43,656 nt of DNA from IMG/VR virus record IMGVR_UViG_3300033076_000794, positions 1 to 43,656 of that record; one strand, 5' to 3'. The position numbers were made by a program, and so were the translations under genes. The notes under the pieces were generated by a model that was given only the letters and a program-made list of their open reading frames with translations, was not told the origin of the DNA and did no database searches. Below are positions 1 to 9,083 of the stretch, piece by piece. Source of the DNA: a virus. Lineage: Duplodnaviria > Caudoviricetes. Positions within the stretch are counted from its first letter, which is position 1. Each line of letters opens with the position of its first letter.

Positions 1-5
1 GCGGT

Positions 6-146
6 ATGGAAATGAAGGTGAGTAGCGGCGTAATCCACGATTGGTGCTCCGACCTCGCCTACGGACCCGGCTCGGGCTATGGCGACGGCTACGTCGACGG
101 CGACGGCTACGGCTCCGGAGACGGCTACGGCTCCGGCTCTGATTAA
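6..146 (+). CDS. Gly-rich GDGYG/GSG repeat protein (may be 5'-truncated)
   Basis: Manual translation MEMKVSSGVIHDWCSDLAYGPGSGYGDGYVDGDGYGSGDGYGSGSD*; same repeat type as the gene running off the right end. Confidence 0.6.
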   Translation: MEMKVSSGVIHDWCSDLAYGPGSGYGDGYVDGDGYGSGDGYGSGSD

Positions 147-202
147 CCAACCGGATCAGCCCATGCCCTGTGACAGAGGGCATCAACGGATTAACGGTTC
201 AC

Positions 203-254
203 GCAGCGGCGCAATTTCATGGCCGGGGTTGCGCTTCGCGCCGCTGCTTTTTTT
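203..254 (+). terminator. intrinsic terminator/attenuator-like hairpin
   Basis: GCAGCGGCGC (203-212) pairs with GCGCCGCTGC (238-247), followed by T7, immediately before the RBS of the next gene. Confidence 0.55.
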
Positions 255-265
255 CGGAGAGCGAC

Positions 266-694
266 ATGCACAAGATCATCGTACTGGCCGCGCTGGCCAT
301 CGCAGCAAACGCAAACGCAGCTGACCTGACTGTTTCGGCCGGTGTGCTGGCGCAGAACAGCGCACAGCAGATCGTCAACGCCGACGCTCCGAGCCTGAGC
401 GCTCGCGGCTCTGATCCTGTCTACGCCAGCAGCGCCAAGGCATCGGGCTATGTCGCGCTGTCGGTCAGCGGTCAGACGCTTGGCGCTCGCCTGGATGCAT
501 GGCAAGGCGGTTGCTCGGCCCAGGCGACGGCAGGCGCAACGGTGGATGGCGTGCGCATCACGGCAGGCGCTGGCGCATCGTGCGGCGGCAAGCCTGTTGC
601 GTCGCTGACGGCCTCGATCGGCCTGGTTGAGATCGGCGTGCGCACCGGTAGCGGCAAGCCGGTTGCATTCGCCGGCGTCCGCCTGGGGTTCTGA
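266..694 (+). CDS. exported, putative outer-membrane beta-strand protein
   Basis: GGAGAG RBS; signal peptide MHKIIVLAALAIAANANA; alternating beta-strand pattern; C-terminal AGVRLGF (terminal Phe, beta-signal-like). Confidence 0.65.
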   Translation: MHKIIVLAALAIAANANAADLTVSAGVLAQNSAQQIVNADAPSLSARGSDPVYASSAKASGYVALSVSGQTLGARLDAWQGGCSAQATAGATVDGVRITAGAGASCGGKPVASLTASIGLVEIGVRTGSGKPVAFAGVRLGF

Positions 695-696
695 TC

Positions 697-1050
697 ATGC
701 CGATGATCCATTACTTCGGAGCGCCGCCAAATCCAGACCAGGTCGCGCAAGCGGCCGACCGGTGGATTGCCAGCCAGGCCGACGCGCACATGACGCCCGC
801 CGATCGGCTGATGACGATCGGTCAGCTGGCCGTCTCGGAAGTCGATGCGCTGCGCACCACGCAGCACGCCGAGTGGGCTGATGACAGCCTGCTGTCGCAA
901 GCAATCCTTGAGCTGTGCGACTCAGCCACCGGCACCGGAAAGCACGCGGAAAACCTCCGCTTTCTGTTCGCAAAGGCATGCGCCAGCTCACCGGAGCTGA
1001 GCCACTGCCTAATCAATCGTTTGGCCGATCTGATGGAGGATCAGCAATGA
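697..1050 (+). CDS. hypothetical protein
   Basis: ORF tightly packed between neighbours, ATGA overlap with next gene. Confidence 0.7.
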   Translation: MPMIHYFGAPPNPDQVAQAADRWIASQADAHMTPADRLMTIGQLAVSEVDALRTTQHAEWADDSLLSQAILELCDSATGTGKHAENLRFLFAKACASSPELSHCLINRLADLMEDQQ

Positions 1051-1475
1051 ACAAAATGAGCAACCCGTTTTCGCCGGCAATCGACAAGATCATCGCCGAC
1101 GTTCTGAAAGCGAACCCCGACGATGCCTACCCGCCGCAAGTGATGAAGAGCGATCACACGGGCCAGCTGCTGAAGCTTACGTCATACAGCTTGGAAGGCT
1201 GCCAAGCGCGCATCAACGACAAGATCGCTGAATACGGCAGTCGCTGCGAAGTTGATCAAAAGCCAAGGTTCGACAGGGCACGCGAGCTGCAGCAGATGCC
1301 CCATTGGGTCGCATGGGTCGTCATTCGGCCCGAGCCTAACCCGCTGGAGTCGCTCAAAAAAGTGTGGGGCTGGGCGCTAGCTGTCTCGCTGGCCGTCATC
1401 GCTGTGGCTGGCATTGCGTCGGCTGCCGTCGAGTCGCTAGAGCGCCAATCGTCTACGGCGGAGGCGCGCAAATGA
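1047..1475 (+). CDS. hypothetical membrane protein
   Basis: GGAGG RBS, ATGA overlap; C-terminal hydrophobic helix WALAVSLAVIAVAGIA. Confidence 0.7.
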   Translation: MNKMSNPFSPAIDKIIADVLKANPDDAYPPQVMKSDHTGQLLKLTSYSLEGCQARINDKIAEYGSRCEVDQKPRFDRARELQQMPHWVAWVVIRPEPNPLESLKKVWGWALAVSLAVIAVAGIASAAVESLERQSSTAEARK

Positions 1476-1720
1476 CCCGGTTCATCCAGTCAAAATCGCT
1501 GGCCCCGCTGCCCGATGGCAAGCACTTGTGCAATTCGTGCAGGCACATCCGCACCGAGGGGATCAAGACCAAAAGGGGCGCACAGAAATTCGTCTTTGCG
1601 CAGCACTGCGGTAACCCAGCGGCGCGAGCGCTTGGCGAGTCAGAAATCACCACGCGGGTCACGGCGTGCGCTGGATATAAGCGCTCCGTGTCTGTGCTCA
1701 TCTTTGGTAATGGGGTGTGA
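1472..1720 (+). CDS. small Cys-rich hypothetical protein
   Basis: GGAGG RBS, ATGA overlap; CNSCRH...HC...C. Confidence 0.6.
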   Translation: MTRFIQSKSLAPLPDGKHLCNSCRHIRTEGIKTKRGAQKFVFAQHCGNPAARALGESEITTRVTACAGYKRSVSVLIFGNGV

Positions 1721-1721
1721 T

Positions 1722-2186
1722 ATGGCGTCATCAATTTCCGTGGCAATCGAGCAGGCGCTGACCGAGTACGGCGGGAACGCCTATCAGGCCCTTGCCGCCG
1801 TGATGGACGGCCTGTGCGCGGCGGCCGGTCGCGATTGCCAGAACGCAGCGGGCGTTGCGCTCAATCTCCCCGATGTTGTTAGCGGCACATTTACCGATGC
1901 GGCGGGGTCGGTGTGCGTTGATGTCGGCTCTTACCTGCCCGCTGCCTGCTACCAGTACCAGGTCGGGCAATTCATAGCCGCGCCGCTGGCCGTGGCTGCC
2001 GTAGCTCCGACATACCGGCCGCGCGACATTGGCGGCCTTGACTCGGCACGGCCGACACTGACCGCATCAACGCCGACAGGCGGCACAGCGCCTGCGGCAT
2101 CCGTTCCCGAAGCGTCGGCGCTGTGGCTGGCACTGGCTGGCGTCGTTGCACTCACCATCTTGCGCGGCATCACTCGCCGCATCTGA
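1722..2186 (+). CDS. PEP-CTERM-like sorting-domain protein
   Basis: Thr/Pro/Ala linker, then VPEAS, TM helix ALWLALAGVVALTIL and basic tail RGITRRI. Confidence 0.7.
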   Translation: MASSISVAIEQALTEYGGNAYQALAAVMDGLCAAAGRDCQNAAGVALNLPDVVSGTFTDAAGSVCVDVGSYLPAACYQYQVGQFIAAPLAVAAVAPTYRPRDIGGLDSARPTLTASTPTGGTAPAASVPEASALWLALAGVVALTILRGITRRI

Positions 2187-2193
2187 GGATTCT

Positions 2194-3324
2194 ATGACCA
2201 CCGAAATTGCAACCCTCCCTGTCGAGCAGCGCGCAGCTATTGCGCTCAAATCGTCGGACACCGAGCGCGACCTGAACGCCCTCGCTTGCGACCTCAAATC
2301 CGTAACGGCTGTAACAAACAAAGACGGTCGGGCCCAGGCTCACGCACTGGGCATGCGTGCAGTAAAAGCCCGCACCGCAATTGCAAAGATCGCAAAAGAC
2401 GCCCGAGACGACGCGACGAAATTCAGCAAGGCGGTGATCGCAGAAGAGCGCCGCCTGATCGGGATCATCGAGCCCGAAGAAACCCGTGTCTTGGCCTTAC
2501 GCGACGTATGGGACCGGGCCGAGGCCGAGCGCATTGAAGCAATTGCGCGAGCTGAGCGTGAGCGAATCGCGGCGCACCAGGCCGTGATCGCACGCATTGA
2601 GTCGGCCCCGGCATCGGCCGCAATGGCGCGCACCAGCGAATCCGCTGCACAGATTGCCGCAGACCTGGCCTCAATCGATCTTTCCGGTCTGCAGGAGTTC
2701 GTCGAGCGAGCCGAAAAGGCGCGCAGCGACGCAGAAGCGCGTATTGCCGGAATCATCGCCGAAAAGCGCGCACAAGAGGCGGAGGCTGCACGGATCAAGG
2801 CCGAGCAGGAGGCTGAAGCCGAGCGCCTGCGCATCCAGCGCGAAGCCGACGAAGCCCGCGACAAAGCAGAGCGCGCCGAGCTGGAAAAGCTGCGCGCGGA
2901 AGCCGCTGAACGGCAGCGCATTGAGAGCCTGCGGATTGCTCAAGAAGAAGCCCGCATCAAAGCCGAGCGTGACGCCGAGCAGGCGCGACTGCGCGAAATT
3001 GAGGAAAGCATCCGCGCGGAAGCCGCTCGTGTCTGGGCGCAGCAAGAGGCGGCCAGGGCAGAGTTGAAACGGCAGGCCGACGCGATCGAAGCGGCGCGGC
3101 TCGAAGAAGAGGCGCGCAAAGCGGCCGAGATCCGGCGGGCTGAATTAGCGGCTGAGGCCAAGAAAATTGCAGAGGCAGCCAAAGCCGCAGAAGCAGACAT
3201 GCGGCTGCGCGACGCGGCCGGCGATCTGCTGCACGCGCTTGCGGCCATTGTTGACGCCGTCGAATTGCCAGACGCTTTGTCCAAGATGGCACGCGCAGCA
3301 ATCACCAAGGCCATGGGGCAATGA
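2194..3324 (+). CDS. long coiled-coil phage early protein
   Basis: GAGG RBS; Ala/Glu/Arg-rich heptads; position upstream of recombination genes. Confidence 0.8.
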   Translation: MTTEIATLPVEQRAAIALKSSDTERDLNALACDLKSVTAVTNKDGRAQAHALGMRAVKARTAIAKIAKDARDDATKFSKAVIAEERRLIGIIEPEETRVLALRDVWDRAEAERIEAIARAERERIAAHQAVIARIESAPASAAMARTSESAAQIAADLASIDLSGLQEFVERAEKARSDAEARIAGIIAEKRAQEAEAARIKAEQEAEAERLRIQREADEARDKAERAELEKLRAEAAERQRIESLRIAQEEARIKAERDAEQARLREIEESIRAEAARVWAQQEAARAELKRQADAIEAARLEEEARKAAEIRRAELAAEAKKIAEAAKAAEADMRLRDAAGDLLHALAAIVDAVELPDALSKMARAAITKAMGQ

Positions 3325-3422
3325 TCGCCGCAGCGCTGACGCTGATTGCAGCGCTGATTGCATGGGCAGCGGCCACAGAGCCGCGCCCGCCACGATAACC
3401 GGGGGAGCCTTTGGGGCTCGCA

Positions 3423-3662
3423 ATGGAGAAATTCGGGAATTCGTACACGTCGGGGCCATACATCCCGGCGTGCAGGCATGAAAGGCAGGCAGCGATGGGC
3501 AAGCGTGAGCGGTGGGGAAGCGAGCGGCGCAAGGAGGCCGACAGGATCGGCGCGCTGCTTGCTGTGTTTTTTGTGGTCGCGGCGGGGGCTTTGGTCTATC
3601 TGCATCAGGACGCGCCGCGCGATGGGTTTTTGTACAAAGCGGAGGTTAAAAAAAATGGCTGA
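3423..3662 (+). CDS. small membrane protein
   Basis: TM segment IGALLAVFFVVAAGALVYL; overlaps next start. Confidence 0.55.
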   Translation: MEKFGNSYTSGPYIPACRHERQAAMGKRERWGSERRKEADRIGALLAVFFVVAAGALVYLHQDAPRDGFLYKAEVKKNG

Positions 3663-3882
3663 CGTGATTGTTTTGGGCGAGTCGAAAGCGACCGCTGTAT
3701 TCGGCAACCGTGAACTGGTAATCAGCACGCCGCTGCAATTCTTTGGCGACTCGGTGATTCATCCTGCGTCGGTCAATCTGTCGGCGCGCGAAGCGATCAA
3801 GCTGCGTGACTGGCTGGACGGCCTGGACCTGGAAGACTTTGCGGCCGACGAGCCTGGACCTTTTGACGAGGACGAGCAATGA
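3655..3882 (+). CDS. hypothetical protein
   Basis: GGAGGT RBS; MADVIVLG...; acidic tail; ATGA overlap with erf. Confidence 0.65.
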   Translation: MADVIVLGESKATAVFGNRELVISTPLQFFGDSVIHPASVNLSAREAIKLRDWLDGLDLEDFAADEPGPFDEDEQ

Positions 3883-4481
3883 AGCAAGCAGCAGCAGCAT
3901 TTGTGAGAGCACAAAAGGCATTCGGCCCTGCGCTCAAGAGCAGCAACAACCCGCACTTCAAGTCAAAGTACGCAGACCTTGCGGCTTGCGTCGAGGCTGT
4001 AATAGATGGCCTGAACGACAACGGCCTTGGACTGATCCAGCGAACATCTGAGTGCGAATCCGGCGTGACCGTCGAAACGATTCTTGTTCACGAGTCGGGC
4101 GATGTGATCGAGTGCGGGAAGCTGCACGTTCCAGCCGCCAAGCAAGACCCGCAAGGCTATGGATCGGCTCTGACCTACGCGCGGCGCTACAGTCTGATGG
4201 CGGCTTGCGGCATTGCCCCCGAAGATGATGACGGGAACGCGGCAAGCAAGCCGCAACAGCGCAGACCATCCGCAAAGCTGCCGAAGCCAGCCGAAGACAT
4301 GCACGCAGCAAACATGCGTGACTGCACGTCGATTGCCGACTTGCGGGACGCCGCCGCAGCAGCTATTGCAGCATGTCGCGAGGCTGGCGACATAGAGGCA
4401 GAAAAACGCCTAGGCGCGATCTTTCAGGCTGAGCGCCGCCGCATTCAGGCCGCAGAGGCCGCCATGGAGCAGTCGCAATGA
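3879..4481 (+). CDS. erf: ERF-family single-strand annealing protein
   Basis: NPHFKSKYADL and QGYGSALTYARRYSL...EDDDGNAA motifs. Confidence 0.92.
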   Translation: MKQAAAAFVRAQKAFGPALKSSNNPHFKSKYADLAACVEAVIDGLNDNGLGLIQRTSECESGVTVETILVHESGDVIECGKLHVPAAKQDPQGYGSALTYARRYSLMAACGIAPEDDDGNAASKPQQRRPSAKLPKPAEDMHAANMRDCTSIADLRDAAAAAIAACREAGDIEAEKRLGAIFQAERRRIQAAEAAMEQSQ

Positions 4482-4972
4482 AGCTATTCGACATCGCGGC
4501 CGAGTACCGCGACACAGCCGCCAAGCTGGCCGATCTGGACCTTGACGAGCAGACCATTGCCGACACGCTGGAAGGCATGTCGGGCGACCTGTCCGTCAAA
4601 CTGCAAAACATCGCCTTCATTGAGCAAGAGGCCCGCGCTACGGCAGAAGCCATCGACAAAGCGCTCAAGGCCATGCAGGCCCGCAAAAAGGCGGTCGAGC
4701 AACAAGCCGACAAGCTGCTGGCGTACATGCAAGCGGGGATGGAGGCAGCCGGGGTCAGCAAGATCACAGCGCCGCATTTCGAGCTTGCGCTTGTCAAAAA
4801 TCCGGCCAGCGTTGATGTTTTTGAACCCGGTCTGATCCCGGCCGAGTACATGCGCCAGCCTGAACCGCCGCCGCCAGCGCCGGACAAGACGCGGATCAAG
4901 GACGCGCCGAAAGCCGGTGCAGACGTGCCTGGATGCCGCCTTGTAGCAGGCCAGCGGCTGCGCATCAAGTGA
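4478..4972 (+). CDS. Siphovirus Gp157-family protein
   Basis: MKLFDIA...DTLEG...KNPASVDV...IPAEYMR...PDKTRIKDA.KAG.DVPG.RL pattern, next to erf. Confidence 0.85.
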   Translation: MKLFDIAAEYRDTAAKLADLDLDEQTIADTLEGMSGDLSVKLQNIAFIEQEARATAEAIDKALKAMQARKKAVEQQADKLLAYMQAGMEAAGVSKITAPHFELALVKNPASVDVFEPGLIPAEYMRQPEPPPPAPDKTRIKDAPKAGADVPGCRLVAGQRLRIK

Positions 4973-5364
4973 ACCGAACATTCATTTTGCGCGATCCTGT
5001 ATCCGCCCGGGCCTGCTGGAATTTTATTTCGCAGAACTGGGCGGCCAGCGCACAGGCTCGAAAGCCGCTGTCAGTCACCGTGGCACTAGCCAAGACCAAG
5101 CGGTCCACGGACCAAAACAAGCGGCTGTGGAAGCTGCTGAACGTCATCAGCGATGGTGCATGGATTGATGGCCGGAAGTTCTCCCCCGAAGCCTGGCACG
5201 AGCAGTTTAAACGCCAGTTCATCGGGGTCGAGGAATTGCCACAGGGCGGCGCTGTTGGAATCTCTACCGCGTCGCTATCGGTCGCTGAATTTGGCGACTA
5301 CATGGCCAAGATTGAGCGATGGGCTTACGAGCAATTCGGGATTGAATTCGAGGAATGGAGCTGA
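4969..5364 (+). CDS. ninB: NinB/Orf-family recombination mediator
   Basis: KRSTDQNKRLWKLL...WHEQFK...STASLSVAEFGDYMAKIERWA. Confidence 0.85.
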   Translation: MNRTFILRDPVSARACWNFISQNWAASAQARKPLSVTVALAKTKRSTDQNKRLWKLLNVISDGAWIDGRKFSPEAWHEQFKRQFIGVEELPQGGAVGISTASLSVAEFGDYMAKIERWAYEQFGIEFEEWS

Positions 5365-5365
5365 C

Positions 5366-5710
5366 ATGAAACCTGACCTGAAACCGTGCCCGTTCTGCGG
5401 CGGGGATGCCGAATTGTTCTCACGGCCATGTAATGACAGATCGCCGCCCCTGTATCAATGCGGGTGCTTCGCGTGCCTTGCTTTGGCTCGGTCACACAGT
5501 GGCGCATACCCGGGTGAACGCAACGCGGCAAAGCTGAATGACGCGGCAAAGCAAAGAGCCATTGACGCCGCGCGATACCGAACGCTGCGCAACAGCGGCA
5601 AGTTCGTCCCTGGAATGGGCGGAGCAGGCTGGGCGCTTGCATGCGGAGTCACCGGCAAGATGGACGACGCCGCGCGCAAGGCCCTTGATGACGCTGTTGA
5701 TGCGATGTGA
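5366..5710 (+). CDS. Lar-like (restriction alleviation) Zn-finger protein
   Basis: N-terminal LKPCPFCGG...CGC..C. Confidence 0.65.
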   Translation: MKPDLKPCPFCGGDAELFSRPCNDRSPPLYQCGCFACLALARSHSGAYPGERNAAKLNDAAKQRAIDAARYRTLRNSGKFVPGMGGAGWALACGVTGKMDDAARKALDDAVDAM

Positions 5711-5717
5711 GGCGGAA

Positions 5718-5933
5718 ATGTTGTTTGAGCATGTGAAAGTTGGCGACGAGGTGCTTATCCCATCGGGCCTTCGTTTGCGGGAGCGCGTCACCGTTCAAGC
5801 CGTCCAGAAGCGCCGGTTTTTCGCTGGCGGCTCGTGGTGGTTGAAGTCGCACGGCGGGCGGTGGGGCGGGTCGTATGATGCTTGGGCGCCTTACGCTATC
5901 CCAACAACAGCAAAGGAGCGCGGCAATGATTGA
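5718..5933 (+). CDS. small beta-barrel hypothetical protein
   Basis: GAGG RBS; VKVGDEVLI motif. Confidence 0.6.
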   Translation: MLFEHVKVGDEVLIPSGLRLRERVTVQAVQKRRFFAGGSWWLKSHGGRWGGSYDAWAPYAIPTTAKERGND

Positions 5934-6174
5934 CCCTACAGAAGCGCCGCCGATGACAATGGCAGTGCCACTGCTTGACGAGCGCGACGACGAACGCGAT
6001 GACGGGTGCTGCGGATGCGTGTTCAGAATCATCATCAGCCCGTTTGGCTGCGGCCAATGGCCGAAATGCATTTCCCACTCGCGCCGCGATGGCTGCACCG
6101 TCATCTTCATCCCGCTGCCCGAGCGCCCCGAGCGTTACCGGCGAGTGAGCCGACAGGCTGAGTGGGGGATGTGA
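5926..6174 (+). CDS. Cys-rich hypothetical protein
   Basis: AAGGAG RBS; CCGCVF...C...C...RRDG.TVIF. Confidence 0.65.
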   Translation: MIDPTEAPPMTMAVPLLDERDDERDDGCCGCVFRIIISPFGCGQWPKCISHSRRDGCTVIFIPLPERPERYRRVSRQAEWGM

Positions 6175-6632
6175 TGCCGGCCAGCAAAAAGCCACGCAAG
6201 CGGCACAAACCGAAACCGCGCGAGCTGCCAATACCTTTTGAGGGCTCAAAGGAAGACCTTGACGGCCTGGTCGAAAAAGCGATCGGCTACGTCAATGCAA
6301 TTCAGTACGGCAGCGCCAAAGAAGAGGATATGCACCACTTGGCTGCGGCCATCAACACCGGCGTAGCGCTGTCTGCTATGTACGCAGCCCCGATCAGCGG
6401 CCAGATCCTGCGCGATGGCGTCACGGCTCTGGCATCGGTCATGCAGCGGCATCAGGCCAAGGGGTCGATCGTAGCCACCGGCGACGAGATTAAAGCCTTG
6501 CAGGCTGCCGTCACGGCCTACGCCGACATTTTCAAAGCCGCACCACGTCGGGCAAGGCGCGATGCGATTCTCCGCGTGCGGGCCGCGCTGGCTGTGCACA
6601 AGGTGCGCGACGGTGAGGTGATCGAGGTATGA
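6174..6632 (+). CDS. conserved phage hypothetical protein
   Basis: TGATG overlap; basic N-terminus MPASKKPRKRHKPK followed by helical domain. Confidence 0.75.
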   Translation: MPASKKPRKRHKPKPRELPIPFEGSKEDLDGLVEKAIGYVNAIQYGSAKEEDMHHLAAAINTGVALSAMYAAPISGQILRDGVTALASVMQRHQAKGSIVATGDEIKALQAAVTAYADIFKAAPRRARRDAILRVRAALAVHKVRDGEVIEV

Positions 6633-6769
6633 GCCTGCGCGAACAAATCAAACTGCTGGCGCTGATCGTCGGATGGCTGGTCCTGTTGCCGTTCGTAAAG
6701 CTGGCCGAGGCGGTGAGCGACATTTGCAAAGCGCTGCGTGATGAGTGGCGCGAAATCAAGAAGGGGTGA
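6629..6769 (+). CDS. small membrane protein (46 aa, not in ORF track)
   Basis: GAGGT RBS, ATGA overlap; MSLREQIKLLALIVGWLVLLPFVKLAEAVSDICKALRDEWREIKKG*. Confidence 0.6.
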   Translation: MSLREQIKLLALIVGWLVLLPFVKLAEAVSDICKALRDEWREIKKG

Positions 6770-6773
6770 AGCG

Positions 6774-7061
6774 ATGAACGACAAACTCACCGGCGACCAG
6801 CTCGCCGAATTCCTTGAGCGCCTGCACGACAGCGAAGGCGTGTTCGGCGAAATCCAAGAGAGGCTGCGCGAGCTGGACGAGTGGCGAGCCCTGCGTGGCC
6901 CAGCAGTGCTGAACAGAAACCTGCTGCGCGGGATCCCGGCAAAGCTGGCACTGCAAGGGCTGCGCCACTTGATCGGCGAGGCTGCACAGCTGGTCGAGGC
7001 GCGCAAGCGCATTGCCGAGCTTGAGCGACAACTGCACGAGCACGCGCCGAATTTTCCCTAA
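6774..7061 (+). CDS. hypothetical protein
   Basis: GGGG RBS; P...NLLRGIPAKL..LRHL.G; C-terminal EARKRIAELE coil. Confidence 0.7.
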   Translation: MNDKLTGDQLAEFLERLHDSEGVFGEIQERLRELDEWRALRGPAVLNRNLLRGIPAKLALQGLRHLIGEAAQLVEARKRIAELERQLHEHAPNFP

Positions 7062-7069
7062 CGGTCTAG

Positions 7070-7315
7070 GTGAACACCATGCTTCGTTACGTTCTGCACC
7101 CTGGTTTTGTGATCAGTCAGCATGACGGACAACAACATTACATAGGTCCGATGACGTTGGCTCGTTTATACGGCGTTGACATTAAACAGTGTGTCATCTA
7201 CGAACCAGCACCATGGTGGCCGAGTAGCTTTTACGATTACGAGCGCAAGAGACATGAGGGGTTGATACATCTGACCCCACGTAACGATGGGAAATACGAC
7301 ATCCCTAAGTATTGA
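7070..7315 (+). CDS. hypothetical protein (visibly more AT-rich, moron-like)
   Basis: YVLHPG.V.S..DGQ.HYI..LARLYGV...LTPR.DGKY. Confidence 0.7.
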   Translation: MNTMLRYVLHPGFVISQHDGQQHYIGPMTLARLYGVDIKQCVIYEPAPWWPSSFYDYERKRHEGLIHLTPRNDGKYDIPKY

Positions 7316-7340
7316 CCATTCATGCGATACCGGAGAGAAG

Positions 7341-8141
7341 ATGATGATTGACACGACCAAGCCGGTCCTTGCCCCTGGCGAAACGCTCGCCGGGTATCTC
7401 AGCGGACCCGATGGGCGCACCATGAAAGAGCGCCCAATCTTGCTGCGCCAGCACGAAGTGATTGCGGTGCTGGCAGGCACCAAGACGCAGCTTCGGCGGG
7501 TCATCAAGCCGCAGCCAAACTCCAACCATGGCGGCGAACCGTACTGGTTCGTCGGAGGGTATCGGGCTTGGAGGCATCGCGGCATCACTGACGTGCTGCG
7601 CATGGGGGCAATCAACGAGTTGCGCTGCCCGTTCGGCATGCCTGGCGATCGTCTGTGGGTGCGGGAGGCGCATGCATTTGTGCCAGAGCCGGCTTATCGC
7701 TGCAGCAAGGGCGTCACGCAGAAGCAAAATCCCCAAGACCACTACGAGGCCTGTATTTATCGGGCTGGGTTTGACCGGGCAAGCGGTGGCATAGGATGGC
7801 GCCCATCAATCCAAATGCCCCGCTGGGCCAGCCGCCTCACGCTCGAAGTGATCCGCGTCCGCGTTGAGCGGCTGCATGACATCAGCGATGCGGACGCGAT
7901 TGCAGAAGGCCTGAAAGGCATCACAAAGGACGGAAAAACGATCAAGTACGGTGTCGCAGACGCAGATGGACTTCCGGGCACAGACGACCACGGATGGGCG
8001 TGGCGCGACTGGTGCACCAGTCCGGCAAAAGCCTATCAGCGGCTTTGGGAAGACATCCACGGCGCCGGCTCCTGGGGCGCAAACCCCTGGGTGTGGGTCG
8101 TGGAATTTAGCGTCTCGCCCAATCACAAGGGGGCGTCATGA
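7341..8141 (+). CDS. ASCH/PUA-like phage protein with a 27-aa N-terminal extension
   Basis: MKERPIL...GTKTQLRRVIK...CPFG.PGDRLWVRE...WRPSIQMPRWASRLTLEV..VRVERLHDIS..DA.AEG...NPWVWVVEF. Confidence 0.85.
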   Translation: MMIDTTKPVLAPGETLAGYLSGPDGRTMKERPILLRQHEVIAVLAGTKTQLRRVIKPQPNSNHGGEPYWFVGGYRAWRHRGITDVLRMGAINELRCPFGMPGDRLWVREAHAFVPEPAYRCSKGVTQKQNPQDHYEACIYRAGFDRASGGIGWRPSIQMPRWASRLTLEVIRVRVERLHDISDADAIAEGLKGITKDGKTIKYGVADADGLPGTDDHGWAWRDWCTSPAKAYQRLWEDIHGAGSWGANPWVWVVEFSVSPNHKGAS

Positions 8142-8581
8142 CTGACAAGCCCCAGCCAAAGCCCAAGCCACAGCCGCTGTGGCGCTGGACGGCGCCGAGC
8201 GGTCAAAGTTACGACCTGTGGCTAGAGTCCCGGGGCAGATGCTGCTACGAGTGCCGGTTACGGATTGCCCGAACACGAAAGAATGATTGCAATGCCGCCC
8301 CCTGCGCAGGGGCAATCCTCCGCCTGCCAAACGACCCGCCCAGCTGGGCCAAGGAGCAGAAATGACATCTGAAATGGGCGAAGATTTTAACGCCTGGAGG
8401 GCTGCTAAATCGGCCAATCGCGAGGCGCGCAAGCGCATTGCGGAACTTGAGGCTGCACGCCAGCGCCAAGCAGCCAAAGCAATCGTGACTGCGCGGGAGG
8501 TTGAGATGATTGACACGACCAAACTGGCGCTTGCCCCCGGCGAGACGCTCGCCGGATATCTCAGCGGGACCGACGGGCGCA
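7344..8581 (+). repeat. ~75-bp diverged direct repeat A (7344-7419 and 8506-8581)
   Basis: ATGATTGACACGACCAA...GGCGA.ACGCTCGCCGG.TATCTCAGCGG....GA.GGGCGCA in both copies. Confidence 0.9.
8138..8365 (+). CDS. Cys-rich hypothetical protein, paralog of 8877-9083
   Basis: W.WT.PSGQ.Y.LW.E..G.C.EC.LR...C.AAPCA.AILRLPNDPPSWAKEQK shared with paralog. Confidence 0.75.
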   Translation: MTDKPQPKPKPQPLWRWTAPSGQSYDLWLESRGRCCYECRLRIARTRKNDCNAAPCAGAILRLPNDPPSWAKEQK

Positions 8582-8880
8582 TCTACGCGCTGATTGTGCT
8601 GCCGGGTTTGTTTTGCGGCGACCATTCCAGCGCGGCGCAGTGGGCGGAGTATGCAGGCGGCGATCTGATGGATCGAGCGGAAGGCGCGCTGAGTTTCCGA
8701 AACATCCGTGCTGAGTTCGAGCCCGGCTGGTACTGGACGAAAGAGCGCCACGAGCACAACTCGGACTGTTTCTGGTCGCAGTCGTTCGACGGCGGCTACC
8801 AGGACCGCTACCTCCACGACCTCAAGCTTCGAGCCCGAGCCGTCCGTCGCGTCTGGGTGACTGACGGGGGCGCATCATGA
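8506..8880 (+). CDS. DUF1566/Lcl-like domain protein (in frame with a chimeric upstream start at 8362)
   Basis: GGGAGG RBS; WYWT.E...WSQSFDGGYQ...LRARAVRRV C-terminus. Confidence 0.75.
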   Translation: MIDTTKLALAPGETLAGYLSGTDGRIYALIVLPGLFCGDHSSAAQWAEYAGGDLMDRAEGALSFRNIRAEFEPGWYWTKERHEHNSDCFWSQSFDGGYQDRYLHDLKLRARAVRRVWVTDGGAS

Positions 8881-9083
8881 CCGGCAAGACCAAGCCGCTC
8901 CGCCTCTGGACCGGCCCAAGCGGGCAGGAGTACGAGCTGTGGCCTGAGCACTGCGGGTGCGGAGAATGCGCACTTCGCGATACCCCGATTTTTGTCAGCG
9001 AAGATTGCATCGCAGCTCCTTGCGCGTTCGCAATTCTCCGCCTTCCGAATGACCCGCCCAGCTGGGCCAAGGAGCAGAAATGA
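8877..9083 (+). CDS. Cys-rich hypothetical protein, paralog of 8138-8365
   Basis: ATGA overlaps at both ends; homology to upstream copy. Confidence 0.75.
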   Translation: MTGKTKPLRLWTGPSGQEYELWPEHCGCGECALRDTPIFVSEDCIAAPCAFAILRLPNDPPSWAKEQK

